Origin: an uncultured bacterium
GTDB lineage: Bacteria > Krumholzibacteriota > Krumholzibacteriia > Krumholzibacteriales > Krumholzibacteriaceae
DNA length: 64,000 nt
Assembly: GCA_963786935.1 (NCBI GenBank)
Contig: CAWBAN010000005.1
Span: 160,001 to 224,000 of the forward strand
Direction of reading: 5' to 3'
Below, one piece after another: positions 39,292 to 49,156 of the stretch (position 1 is its first letter; every line of letters begins with the position of its first letter). The notes under the pieces were generated by a model. It did no database searches. It saw nothing but the letters and a program-made list of their open reading frames with translations, and was not told where the DNA came from. The position numbers were made by a program, and so were the translations under genes.

Positions 39292-39570
39292 TCATCCGCT
39301 CCTCTTCCGCGCCCGCGCCTCGATGTACCGGCACAGCGGGCCGATGACCGTGATGTCGTCCGTGTCCAGGCCCTCGTAATCGACCTCGATGCCGAACCGG
39401 TCGTCGATCGATCCGAGAAGATTGATGAGACCGATCGAGTCGATGACGCCCATCTTCATGAGATCGAAATCGTCCGGAACGGCGGCGACGTCGACGTTGT
39501 TCTCCGCGAACGAGGCGCGGAGCTCCGATATGATGAATGCCCGCACTTCATCGGCCGCAACGACGCTCAT
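39292..39570 (-). CDS. Stand-alone carrier protein (ACP/DltC-like)
   Basis: Acidic 92-aa protein with the phosphopantetheine motif GVIDSIG. Confidence 0.88.
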   Translation of the reverse strand: MSVVAADEVRAFIISELRASFAENNVDVAAVPDDFDLMKMGVIDSIGLINLLGSIDDRFGIEVDYEGLDTDDITVIGPLCRYIEARARKRSG

Positions 39571-41163
39571 GCATCAGCCTCCAGTATTTTCTCCAGCGCG
39601 CGCCGGTCGTACTTCCCGTTCGCGGTCAGCGGAATCGCCGCGATCGGGTGAAATCTCTTCGGAATCATATACTCGGGGAGCCGATCCGCAATCCTTTTCT
39701 TTATCGCGGCGGCGTCGAAGGGATCCCCCTCGACGAACACCTCGATGCCGTCGGCGCCGCTCGTCGTGCGGGGCCAGCCGACGGCGACGATCCCCTGAAT
39801 GCCGGTTTCCTCCCGTATCGCCGCTTCGACCTCGCCGAGCTCGACGCGATGCCCGAGAATCTTGAGCTGCGAGTCGATGCGGCCGACGTAGCAGATCGGA
39901 CCGCCCGCCTCCGGCGCTCGCACGAGGTCGCCGGTCCGGTAATATACGCTCGTTCCGCCCGGGAGGGACGACGAACGCTTTCCTCGTCTTCTCGGGCTCG
40001 CCGAGATAGCCGAGCGTGACCTGGGCCCCCGTCATGAGCAGCTCGCCTTCCGCGCCGGTCGGGGACTTCCCGCAGCGCTCGTCGCAGACGAGGGGGGAGA
40101 GGGCGGGCACCGGATAGCCGATGGGAACGGTGTCGCGCAGGCATTCTCCCGGCGATTTCTCCGGATCCCAGCGATAGTACGTGCCGACGATCGCGAGCTC
40201 GGTCGGGCCGTAGAGATTTTCGATGGCCGAATTCGGCGCGGCTTCCATCCAGTCGCGCGCGACGGCGACGGGGAGCGGCTCGCCGCCGAAAATGCTGAGG
40301 CGGAGCGTCGGGAGATTGCCCTTCTTGAGCGAGCCGAGCCGCTTCATGAAGATCGCGACGGAGGGGACGGAGTTCCAGATCGTTATCTTCGCCTTGTTGA
40401 TGAAGGCCCCCGGATTGAGGAGCGCCTGCTGAGACGGGCAGCAGCAGCACGCCCCGCGCTCCCAGCCGAGGAACATGTCGAGCACGGACGGATCGAACGT
40501 GACGGCGTAGGTCTGCGAGAGGCGGTCTCGCTCCGTGATCTCGAATCGGGGAACGAGGAAATCGAGGAGCGCGCGGATGTTCCGGTGCGAGACCATCACG
40601 CCTTTCGGCACGCCGGTGCTTCCCGAGGTGAATATGATGTAGGCGATCGAATTCTCGTCGGGCGTTTTCGCCTCGTACGTTGCGGCCGCGCGGCAGTCGT
40701 CCGCGCCGAGGAAGGTATGCAGGGGGAACGCCCGCCGGAGCTCCGATACGTCCGTCTCCTCGGGCAGCAGGATCGCGAGCGGATACTCGATGCCGGCGAG
40801 CACCGCCGGGAGCTGTTTCGCGGACTCGCGATCGACGACGATCGACCGGCAGCCCGTCTGCCGGATCATGAACTGCGTGCGGTCGCTCGGATACGACCGG
40901 TTGAGCGGAACGTAGCCGTGCCCTCTCATGAGCGCGGCGACGATTCCCGCGAATTGGTACGGGGTGCGCGAGGCGAAGACCGCGGTGAGGGGCGGCCCGC
41001 CGGCGCTCTCGCGCGCGTCCATCGCCGCGGCGCAGCCGGAGGCGAGAGCCGAGAGCTCGCGGTACGTGTAGGCGCGCTTGGCGACCTCGAGGGCCGGACG
41101 CTCCGGAAAGCGCGCAGCCGACTGAAGATAGCCCGAAAGCAGGCCCCGATTGCCGGAATTCAC
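39567..41163 (-). CDS. Stand-alone amino acid adenylation domain (DltA-like; frameshift near 39945)
   Basis: [29 protein letters not shown]; continues in a shifted frame with [23 protein letters not shown] and NGKYDR. Confidence 0.87.
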
Positions 41164-41469
41164 GAAAACCACCTCGTCGCACGGTGTCGTATCGTTTTAC
41201 AGCACTTACAATTAGCATCGTGAAACGCCGCCGTCAAGGCATTTCCCGCTTCGGGCGCTCATCCGCGGAGGACGGCCGGCGCCCCCGACACGAGGCCTCC
41301 GCGCGCGGCGCCGCGCAACCCGTTGCCTTACACGCGAGCGCTCTGATACAATCAACATTCTTGGGATAAGGAAGGGCGCGGCGCGCGGTCGGGATCGGCG
41401 CGGCGCGCATCGAGGATCGGCGCGTACAACGGGGAGCGGAAAATCGAGACACACGACAAGAAGCGGCTC

Positions 41470-42714
41470 ATGGGGAACTTCGCGTCCCTGTCGGTGCTGC
41501 AGGCCGCCAACTACATTATCCCGTTCGTCACGGTCCCGTACCTGACGCGGGTGCTCGGGCCCGCTCATTACGGCCTGATCGGCTTCGCCGCCGCGTTCGT
41601 CAACTACTTCACGATTCTCACGGGATACGGCTTCAACCTGTCCGCGACGCGGGAGATCTCGCTGCAGCGGGACGACCGGGAGCGGATATCGAGAATTTTC
41701 AGCTCGGTCATGATTATCAGGGCGGCGCTCCTCGCGGTGAGCGCGATCCTCCTGGTCGCCCTCGTCTACTCGGTCGGCAAGTTCAGGGCGGATGCGGGGC
41801 TCTATCTCGTTTCCTTCGGGATCGTGGCGGGCAACGTGCTGTTTCCCGTTTGGCTCTATCAGGGCATGGAACGGATGAAGTACATCACGTACATCAACCT
41901 CGCCGGCCGCGCCGGCTTTACCGTCGCCGTGTTCATGTTCGTCTCCGAGCAGGCGGACTACATGCTCTACGTGATCCTGAGCTCGGCAACCGCCGTGCTC
42001 GTCGGCGTCGCGAGCCTTTTCTGCGCGCTGAAGGTCTTTCGTATCGAATTCACGGCGCCCTCGTTCGAGGAGCTGCGGCGGGAGCTGATCGAGGGCTGGT
42101 ACGTCTTCGTCTCCTCGATCAGCACCGTTCTCTACACGTCCTCGACGACCTTCGTGCTGGGGCTCTTCACGAACAACACGATCGTGGGCTACTACACCGG
42201 GGCCGACAAGATCCGGCAGGCGGTGCAGGGGCTGTTCGCCCCCGTCTTTCAGACGTTGTATCCGTACGTGAACAAGCTCGCGCACGAGTCGAGGGAGCGG
42301 GCCATCGCGTTCATGCGGAAGGAGGCCCTCTATTTCGGAATCGGCGGAGGGATCATCTGCCTGCTCGTGTTTCTCGGAGCGGAGCCTCTTGTCGGGATCG
42401 TGCTCGGGAGGGCGTACGCCCCGTCGGTCGCCCTGCTGCGGATCCTGGCGTTCGCGCCGGTGCTGATCATTCTGGGAAACGTCCTGACGGTGCAGGGGAT
42501 GCTCTCGCTGAACCTCAAACGCGACTACTCGCTCGTGTACGTGTGCGCCGGCGTTTTCGGCATCGCCGCCATCGTGTACCTGACGCACCGTTTCGCGGCC
42601 CGCGGCACGGCGCTCTCGGTGGTGGCCGTCGAGGCGTTCGCGATCGCCATGACCCTGTACCGGATGCGCGCGAACGGCGTCGACCTGTTCGGCGCGCGGG
42701 GGAGCGGGATATGA
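41470..42714 (+). CDS. wzx: O-antigen flippase (Wzx/RfbX)
   Basis: PYLTRVLG, YGFNLSATR, WLYQGME, VGYY..ADKI. Confidence 0.9.
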   Translation: MGNFASLSVLQAANYIIPFVTVPYLTRVLGPAHYGLIGFAAAFVNYFTILTGYGFNLSATREISLQRDDRERISRIFSSVMIIRAALLAVSAILLVALVYSVGKFRADAGLYLVSFGIVAGNVLFPVWLYQGMERMKYITYINLAGRAGFTVAVFMFVSEQADYMLYVILSSATAVLVGVASLFCALKVFRIEFTAPSFEELRRELIEGWYVFVSSISTVLYTSSTTFVLGLFTNNTIVGYYTGADKIRQAVQGLFAPVFQTLYPYVNKLAHESRERAIAFMRKEALYFGIGGGIICLLVFLGAEPLVGIVLGRAYAPSVALLRILAFAPVLIILGNVLTVQGMLSLNLKRDYSLVYVCAGVFGIAAIVYLTHRFAARGTALSVVAVEAFAIAMTLYRMRANGVDLFGARGSGI

Positions 42715-43685
42715 GGAGTCCGGGACTATCGATCGCGCTGTGCACGTGGAACGGCGAGGCGCACCTCGGCGCGCAGCTCGACAGCATCGCGGCCCAGACG
42801 CGCCCGCCCGACGAGCTGATCGCGTGCGACGACGCCTCGACGGACGGAACGCGCCGGGTGCTCGAGGCGTTCGCCGCGCGCAGCCCGTTTCCCGTGCGCA
42901 TCCACGCGAACGCGGTCAACGCGGGGACCGCGAGGAATTTCGAGCGGGCGATATCGCGGTGTGCGGGGGACGTCGTCGCCCTCGCCGATCAGGACGACGT
43001 GTGGATGCCGCGGAAGCTCGAAACCGTCATGGATTTGTTCGCCCGGCGGCCGTCCGCGGGTCTTGTCTTCTCGGACGCCGAGCTCGTGGACGAGAATTTG
43101 AGGCCGCTCGGCGTCACACTGTGGGAGCGCGTCGAGTTCACGCCGAAACGGCGCGCGCAGTTCGACGCCGGAAACGCGTGGCGGGTGCTGCTGGCGCGGA
43201 ACGTCGTCACCGGCGCGACGATGGCGTTCCGGAGGAGCTACCGGGAGATGCTCGTCCCGTTCCCGCCGTCGTGGATCCACGACGCGTGGATCGCCTTCGT
43301 CGTATCGCTGCACGCCGAGCTCGCGCGCATCGACGAGCCGCTCATCCGCTACCGGCAGCACGCGGGGCAGCAGATCGGCGCGCGCGAGCGGGCCTCGCTC
43401 ACGATGGACGCCGTGCTCGGCGACAACACGGCATCGTACGCGAGGGAGTTCCGTCACTATGCCGACGCTCATCGGAGACTGAAGCGTTTGCGGGGCACGC
43501 TCTCCGATTACGACGCCGTCTCGGCGGCCGTCCGGGACCGGGCGGCGTACCATTACCTGCGGATGCGCCTGCCGAAGGAACGGCGGGGGAGAGTAGGCGC
43601 CGTCGCGGCGAACCTGTGCTCGCTCAGGTATCAGCGCTACGCGAACGGCCTCTTGAGCGCGGCGAAGGATCTCTGGCGCGGTTGA
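42711..43685 (+). CDS. Glycosyltransferase family 2
   Basis: CTWNGE, DDASTD, ADQDDVW, HDAW, YRQH. Confidence 0.92.
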   Translation: MRSPGLSIALCTWNGEAHLGAQLDSIAAQTRPPDELIACDDASTDGTRRVLEAFAARSPFPVRIHANAVNAGTARNFERAISRCAGDVVALADQDDVWMPRKLETVMDLFARRPSAGLVFSDAELVDENLRPLGVTLWERVEFTPKRRAQFDAGNAWRVLLARNVVTGATMAFRRSYREMLVPFPPSWIHDAWIAFVVSLHAELARIDEPLIRYRQHAGQQIGARERASLTMDAVLGDNTASYAREFRHYADAHRRLKRLRGTLSDYDAVSAAVRDRAAYHYLRMRLPKERRGRVGAVAANLCSLRYQRYANGLLSAAKDLWRG

Positions 43686-43708
43686 CCGGGAGAACGGAGT
43701 CACGGCCG

Positions 43709-44629
43709 ATGTCGAAGGGCGCTCTCGAACGGAAGGACATATGCGCCGTCGTGGTTGCCTATCATCCCGACGAGGGGCTCGAGGGGCGCGTCGACCGGAT
43801 CCTGAAGCAGGTCGACGCGGCCGTGATCGTCGACAACGGCTCTTCGGCGGAGACGGCGCGCGTGCTCGACCGGCTGGCGGGGCGGGAGAACGTGCACCTG
43901 ATCCGCAACGCGGAGAACCTCGGCGTGGCGACCGCGCTGAACGAAGGAATGGACTGGGTGCGCCGGCGCGGGTACGCCTGGGCGTTCCTGTTCGATCACG
44001 ACTCGACGCTCGAGGAGGGGGCGCTCGATGCGCTCGCCGCCGCGCTGCGCGACTTCGGTCCGGAGGAAACGCCGGCCGTGATCGGCTGCAATTACCGCGA
44101 CGTTCACGCGAAGCGGCTCCGGTATCCCGACGAGAGCGCGTCGGGGCTCTCGTGGCGGGAGCGGAAGACCGTGATCACCTCGGGGAGCCTCGTGTCCGTC
44201 GGCCTCTACGAATCGATCGGCCCGTTCCGGGACGAGTTCTTCGTCGACCACGTGGACGACGAATACTGTCTGCGCGCGAGGCGGAAGGGTTGCCGGGTGA
44301 TATCGACCTGCCGGCCCGTCATGCTGCACAGCGTCGGCGCCTCAACGCTGCACCGGCTCCTCTGGAAGCGGACCGGCGTGACGAACCACTCGCCGTTCCG
44401 GCGCTACTACATGACGCGGAACCACCTCGTCCTGATGCGGGAGTATATTGCCGTCGAGCCGCGATGGGTGTTCGACACGGCGTATTCGAGAATGAAGGGC
44501 CTCGTGCTCATGTGTCTGTTCGAGCGGGAGCGGCCCGCGAAAATCCGGAACGTGATCAAGGGCTTTTTCCACGGCATCGCGCCGGGAGCGACATGGCGAA
44601 AAACGAACGGGCGAAAGACGAACGAATGA
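43709..44629 (+). CDS. GT2 rhamnosyltransferase-like protein
   Basis: VDNGS, NLGVATALN, FDHDS, ITSGS, FFVDHVD, RRYYMTRN. Confidence 0.88.
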   Translation: MSKGALERKDICAVVVAYHPDEGLEGRVDRILKQVDAAVIVDNGSSAETARVLDRLAGRENVHLIRNAENLGVATALNEGMDWVRRRGYAWAFLFDHDSTLEEGALDALAAALRDFGPEETPAVIGCNYRDVHAKRLRYPDESASGLSWRERKTVITSGSLVSVGLYESIGPFRDEFFVDHVDDEYCLRARRKGCRVISTCRPVMLHSVGASTLHRLLWKRTGVTNHSPFRRYYMTRNHLVLMREYIAVEPRWVFDTAYSRMKGLVLMCLFERERPAKIRNVIKGFFHGIAPGATWRKTNGRKTNE

Positions 44630-46518
44630 AAGACGAACGGGTGAAGCGGCGGATTCATCCCGCCGCGGCGCTCGCGGGCGTTCTCGCCGCGGCGCTCGTG
44701 GTGCGGATCGTGTTTCTCGCGCAGCTCGCGCGCTCGGAGTTCGGGCGGATTCTCTCGCTCGATTCGCGCTTCTACCACGACCTCGCGAGCGCGCTCGCCG
44801 CTGGCGGGGCCCCGCCCGGCGGCGCGATCGATTTCAATCCGCTGTACCCGGCGTTCCTCACCGTCGTTTTCAAGATCTTCGGAACGGGGCTCACTGCCCC
44901 GCGCGTGGCACAGCTCGCGCTCGGTCTCTGCACCATCGCGCTCGCGTACGCCGCGGGCGCGAGGCTCGTCGAGGGGCCGCGGAAGGGGAGGCCGTCCCCG
45001 GCGGTCGCGGCGATCGCCGCGGCGGCGATGACGGCGCTCTACCGGCAGTTCGTCCTGTACGAGGGAACGCTCATCTCGACGGCGCTCGAGGTGTTTCTCG
45101 TCGCCGCCTCCTTCGCGCTCGCGATGGCGCTCGACGAGGACCTTCGGGGGGAGCGGCCGGTGCGCGTCGGCGCGCGGCGCGTGCCGCCGTGGGTCTCGAG
45201 CCTGCTCCTCGGCGCGCTCCTCGGCCTCGGCGCCCTCGGCAGGCCGAACCTCTTTCTGCTGCTCGTCGCGGCGGTTCCGGTCTGGCTGCTGCTGCGGAAT
45301 CTCCGGAAGCGGCGGGGGCTCGTTCCCGCGCTGTGCTGCCTCGCCGGCGCCGCCCTGTTCCTCGCGCCGCCGATCGTGTTCAGCGCGGCGCGCTCGGGGA
45401 GGATCGTCCCCGTCTCGGCGCACGGGGGCATCAACTTCTACATCGGGAACAGGTCCGGGAGCCCCGGCGTCTTTCAGCCGCCCGACGACATCCGCGCGGA
45501 CATGCGCGGCATGATCGAGGACGCGCGGCTGAAGGCCGAGGCGGAGACCGGCCGCGCCATGACGCAGCCGGAGGTGTCCGGCTATTACTTCGAGAAGACG
45601 CTCGGGGAGATCGAGCGCGCGCCGGGGCGCTGGCTCGCCCTCGTCGGCAGGAAGCTCCTCATCTTCTTCAACGGGATCGAGGTGCCCGACGTCCCGAACG
45701 TCATCTTCTACGAGCGGTCGTGCCGCGTCCTCGCGCTGCTGTTCCTCCCCTTCGCCGCGATCGCGCCGCTCGCGCTCTGCGGCCTCGTCGTGCTCTTCAG
45801 GAGCGGGAGGAACCGGAGCGTCGTCTCGCTGTTCCTCGGGTGCGCCGTGCTCTCGGTGCTCCTCTTCTTCGTCAACGCGCGCTACCGCCTGCCCGCCGTT
45901 CCGATCCTGATTCCGCTCGCGGCGTTCTTCGTCGCCTGGGCGGCGCGCGAGATTTCGCGGCGGCGCCTGAAGCCCGTCGCGATTATGGCCGCTGCGGCGC
46001 TGGCGATCTTTTTCCTCGTCTCGAACCGGACGATGGTGCGGGTGAACGAGAGCGCCGCGTACACGTTTCTCGGGAACCACTACATCGCGCTCGGCGACGA
46101 GGCGAAGGCGGCGTCGGCGTTCGCCGAGGCCTACCGCCTCGATCCGGATCACATCGAGGCGATGATCAACTACGCGCGGATTCTCCGGAAGCAGGGGGAT
46201 ATGCGGCGGTCGGCCGACCTCTACGCGCGGGCCTACGCGATGATGCCGCGGTTCCCGCGCCTCGCCATCGAGTACGGTTCCGTGCTCGAGAAGCTCGGGC
46301 GGCGGGCGGAGGCGCGGACGCTGTACGAGCAGGCGCTGTCGGCGGACCGGGCGGCCGAGCGGGTGCTCGCGTGCCGGCTTCTCGCGCAGGCGGCGCTCGC
46401 CGAGGGGAAGCGGGACGAAGCGATCGCGTGGGTGAAGCGGGCGCTCGCGATCGCCCCGGACGATTCGAACCTCGCCGGTATGCTCGAGTGGCTCGAGCGC
46501 GGGGCCCCGGGCCGATAA
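44626..46518 (+). CDS. GT-C (PMT_2/GT39-like) glycosyltransferase with C-terminal TPRs
   Basis: LDSRFYHD, PLYP, GGINFYIGN, ARYRLP; paralog of 10251-12320. Confidence 0.85.
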   Translation: MKDERVKRRIHPAAALAGVLAAALVVRIVFLAQLARSEFGRILSLDSRFYHDLASALAAGGAPPGGAIDFNPLYPAFLTVVFKIFGTGLTAPRVAQLALGLCTIALAYAAGARLVEGPRKGRPSPAVAAIAAAAMTALYRQFVLYEGTLISTALEVFLVAASFALAMALDEDLRGERPVRVGARRVPPWVSSLLLGALLGLGALGRPNLFLLLVAAVPVWLLLRNLRKRRGLVPALCCLAGAALFLAPPIVFSAARSGRIVPVSAHGGINFYIGNRSGSPGVFQPPDDIRADMRGMIEDARLKAEAETGRAMTQPEVSGYYFEKTLGEIERAPGRWLALVGRKLLIFFNGIEVPDVPNVIFYERSCRVLALLFLPFAAIAPLALCGLVVLFRSGRNRSVVSLFLGCAVLSVLLFFVNARYRLPAVPILIPLAAFFVAWAAREISRRRLKPVAIMAAAALAIFFLVSNRTMVRVNESAAYTFLGNHYIALGDEAKAASAFAEAYRLDPDHIEAMINYARILRKQGDMRRSADLYARAYAMMPRFPRLAIEYGSVLEKLGRRAEARTLYEQALSADRAAERVLACRLLAQAALAEGKRDEAIAWVKRALAIAPDDSNLAGMLEWLERGAPGR

Positions 46519-46612
46519 TGGGCTTGCCGGGCGTGGACGGCGATGATACATTCGGGGCCGGAACGAAGCGTTCGGGGACGATGAGCGGCATGCGGGCGAG
46601 GTTCGCGAGACG

Positions 46613-47764
46613 ATGATAGCACTCCTTTCGGCCATGCTCCGGCGCAAGAAAACGGTTCTCGCCGTCACGGCGGCGGGATTTCTGATATCCGCCGCGGTGA
46701 GCATGATGCTCCCGTCCCGATACGTCGCTTCGACGATGTTCGCCCCGACCGGCGTCGAGAAAGATCTCACGAACATGCGGGAATTCTTCGCGCCGATGGG
46801 AGCGTTCGGGGAGTCGTTCGCGGCCTACCTCAGGGCCCGCAAGAACTATCTCATCGATTATCTCATCCGGAGCCGGCAGATGAGCGATCGAATCGACGAG
46901 CGGTTCGATCTCAAGCGCCTCTACGGCGTGTCCGACGGCGACGAGGCGAGACGCCTGCTCGGCCGGCATACGGCCGTCGCGATCAGGGACGAGGGAGTCA
47001 TCGTTCTGAGCGTCGCCGATCGGGACCGCGAGCGCGCGATCGCCATCACGGCGGAGTACCTCGCCCAGCTCGACACGATTCTCCTCGATCTCGTCGTCGA
47101 GAACTCGCGCGAGCGCGTGCGATTTCTGAACGCCGAGCTCGCCCGCCGCGAGCGGGCGATCGCCGTCACCGATTCGCTCATCGGCAGCTACCTCGGACGG
47201 TACGGCCTGTACGACATGGAGGAGCAGGTTCGCGTGATGCTCGACATCGTGTCGGATCTCAGCGGCCGCCTCAGCATGCTCGACGTCGAGAAACGCCTGC
47301 TCGAGCTGACGATGAAGCCGGGAAACGAAGATCTCGCGCGCGTCGAGTTCGAATGGAACCAGCTGCGCAACCAGCTGCTCCTCCTGCGGGAGATCGGGGC
47401 GGAGCCGAATCTCTTTCCCCCGTTCAAGAACCTTCCCGAAATCAGCTCGACCTATCTGCAGTTCATGAGCGAACGCAAGCTGGAGGAGTTCATGCTCGCC
47501 TACCTGCGCCTGCGGATCGCGGACGCCGAGGTGGTTTCGAACTCCCCGATGAGCGCCATCAAGGTGCTCGATCCTCCCTCGGCGCCGGAGCGCCGCTCGT
47601 GGCCGCGGCGGAAGCAGATCGTGCTCGTCTCGACGGCCGCCGCGTTCTTCTGGGCGGGCTACTTCATGATGCTCGACGAGCGCCGGAAAGCGGCGCGGGC
47701 CCGCGGGGACGGGGGAGCCGGCGCCCGCCCGGACGGCGGCGTCCCGGGCGGCGAAAGCGTGTAA
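46613..47764 (+). CDS. Wzz/GumC-like polysaccharide co-polymerase
   Basis: Two terminal TM helices, coiled-coil middle, VLDPPSAPERRSWPRR. Confidence 0.85.
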   Translation: MIALLSAMLRRKKTVLAVTAAGFLISAAVSMMLPSRYVASTMFAPTGVEKDLTNMREFFAPMGAFGESFAAYLRARKNYLIDYLIRSRQMSDRIDERFDLKRLYGVSDGDEARRLLGRHTAVAIRDEGVIVLSVADRDRERAIAITAEYLAQLDTILLDLVVENSRERVRFLNAELARRERAIAVTDSLIGSYLGRYGLYDMEEQVRVMLDIVSDLSGRLSMLDVEKRLLELTMKPGNEDLARVEFEWNQLRNQLLLLREIGAEPNLFPPFKNLPEISSTYLQFMSERKLEEFMLAYLRLRIADAEVVSNSPMSAIKVLDPPSAPERRSWPRRKQIVLVSTAAAFFWAGYFMMLDERRKAARARGDGGAGARPDGGVPGGESV

Positions 47765-47767
47765 TCC

Positions 47768-49156
47768 ATGCGGCTCGAGCTCTACGGAAGGACCGTCGAC
47801 GCGAAACGATTCGCCCTGTTCGTCGCCGCGCCGCTGGCGTGCTGCGTCGTCGCCGCGGCCCTGTTCCTCCCCGCGGTCCTGCAGCTCGGCCTGCTGCTGC
47901 TCCTCGCGCTTCCCTTCGTGTTTCTCGGTCTCGACCGGCCGGCGATCGTGTTTTATCTCGTCGTGCTCGTGCTCTTTTCGAATCTCGACGTCTTTGCGCC
48001 CGTTCATTTCTACCGCCATCTCGTCCTCTTTCTGCTGGCCGCGCTCGCGCTCGCCGTCGCGGGCGGCCGGCGCATCGTGACGCACCATCCGCGCCTGCTC
48101 GCGCTCGCGGCGGCGCTCATGATCATCGTCTTCCAGTCCCTGTCGGTCGCGAGCGACTTCGGCCGCGCGGCGCACGGCATGGGAGCGTTCTATAAAGTGC
48201 TCGCCGCCGTCGCGATCGTGGCGCAGTTCACGGCGGACCGGACGGGATTCCGGCGCTTCCTCCTCGTCCTGGCCGCGGGGATGCTGCTCTCGGCGTATCT
48301 GCCCTTCATCGTTCATCCGCCGAGCCGCTACGCGAGCCTCTCGATGATCTGGAACCGCGGCATCGTTCGGTACGAGGGCTTCGTCTTCGAGCCCAACGTT
48401 TTCGCGCTGTATCAGCTCTTCCTCATCCCGGTGCTCGTCTTTTTCGCGGGTATGTACCGGAAGCCGCGGATCGTGATCCCGCTGATCGCGGTTCTCATTC
48501 TCGGGAGCATCGGGAACCTCGCCCTGAGCTTTTCGCGGGGAGGATTCTTCGGGCTCGCGTGCCTCCTCGTCTCGCTCATCGTGATCGAGCGGAAAAACAA
48601 GCCGTTCTTCCTCTTCGGGCTCGGGCTCGTCGCGGCGAGCATCCTGGTCATTCCCGGGGTGTACTGGGAGCGGATCGGATCGGTCTTCGACTTCGCGGCG
48701 CAGAGGGCGGGGGACTACTCCATCTATACGCGGATCGCCACGAGCCGGACCGCGCTCCGCCTCGGATTCGAGCATCCGCTGCTCGGCGTCGGCATGGACA
48801 GCTTCCTGCCGAGCGCGGCGTACTTCATCCCGTTCTCGCTCGCCGTCCACAACGTGTTCCTGCAGCTGTTCGCCGATCTCGGCGCCGTCGCGCTCTCGCT
48901 GGTCATCGCCATCATCGCGTGCAACGGGAGGATCATCGCCCGCCTCATGCGGAGCGCCGATCCCGAGACCGCCCGGATCGGCCGGGCGCTGCTCCTGCAG
49001 CACGTCGCCGTGTTCGCCTCGGCGCTCTTCATGCCGGTCGCCTACGAGATGATGATCTGGTTCACGCTCGCGCTCCCGGCGATCGCGGAGCACGCCTACG
49101 GGAGCGGTGCGGGGGCGGAGGGCGCCGGAGCGTCCGTTTCAAGCGGCAGGAAATAG
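47768..49156 (+). CDS. O-antigen ligase/polymerase (Wzy_C) family protein
   Basis: EPNVFA, SFSRGG, HPLLGVG, VHNVFLQ. Confidence 0.9.
   Translation: MRLELYGRTVDAKRFALFVAAPLACCVVAAALFLPAVLQLGLLLLLALPFVFLGLDRPAIVFYLVVLVLFSNLDVFAPVHFYRHLVLFLLAALALAVAGGRRIVTHHPRLLALAAALMIIVFQSLSVASDFGRAAHGMGAFYKVLAAVAIVAQFTADRTGFRRFLLVLAAGMLLSAYLPFIVHPPSRYASLSMIWNRGIVRYEGFVFEPNVFALYQLFLIPVLVFFAGMYRKPRIVIPLIAVLILGSIGNLALSFSRGGFFGLACLLVSLIVIERKNKPFFLFGLGLVAASILVIPGVYWERIGSVFDFAAQRAGDYSIYTRIATSRTALRLGFEHPLLGVGMDSFLPSAAYFIPFSLAVHNVFLQLFADLGAVALSLVIAIIACNGRIIARLMRSADPETARIGRALLLQHVAVFASALFMPVAYEMMIWFTLALPAIAEHAYGSGAGAEGAGASVSSGRK

Noticed and set aside
39567..41163. NRPS secondary-metabolite cluster
   Set aside because: No condensation or thioesterase domains; the context is glycan biosynthesis.
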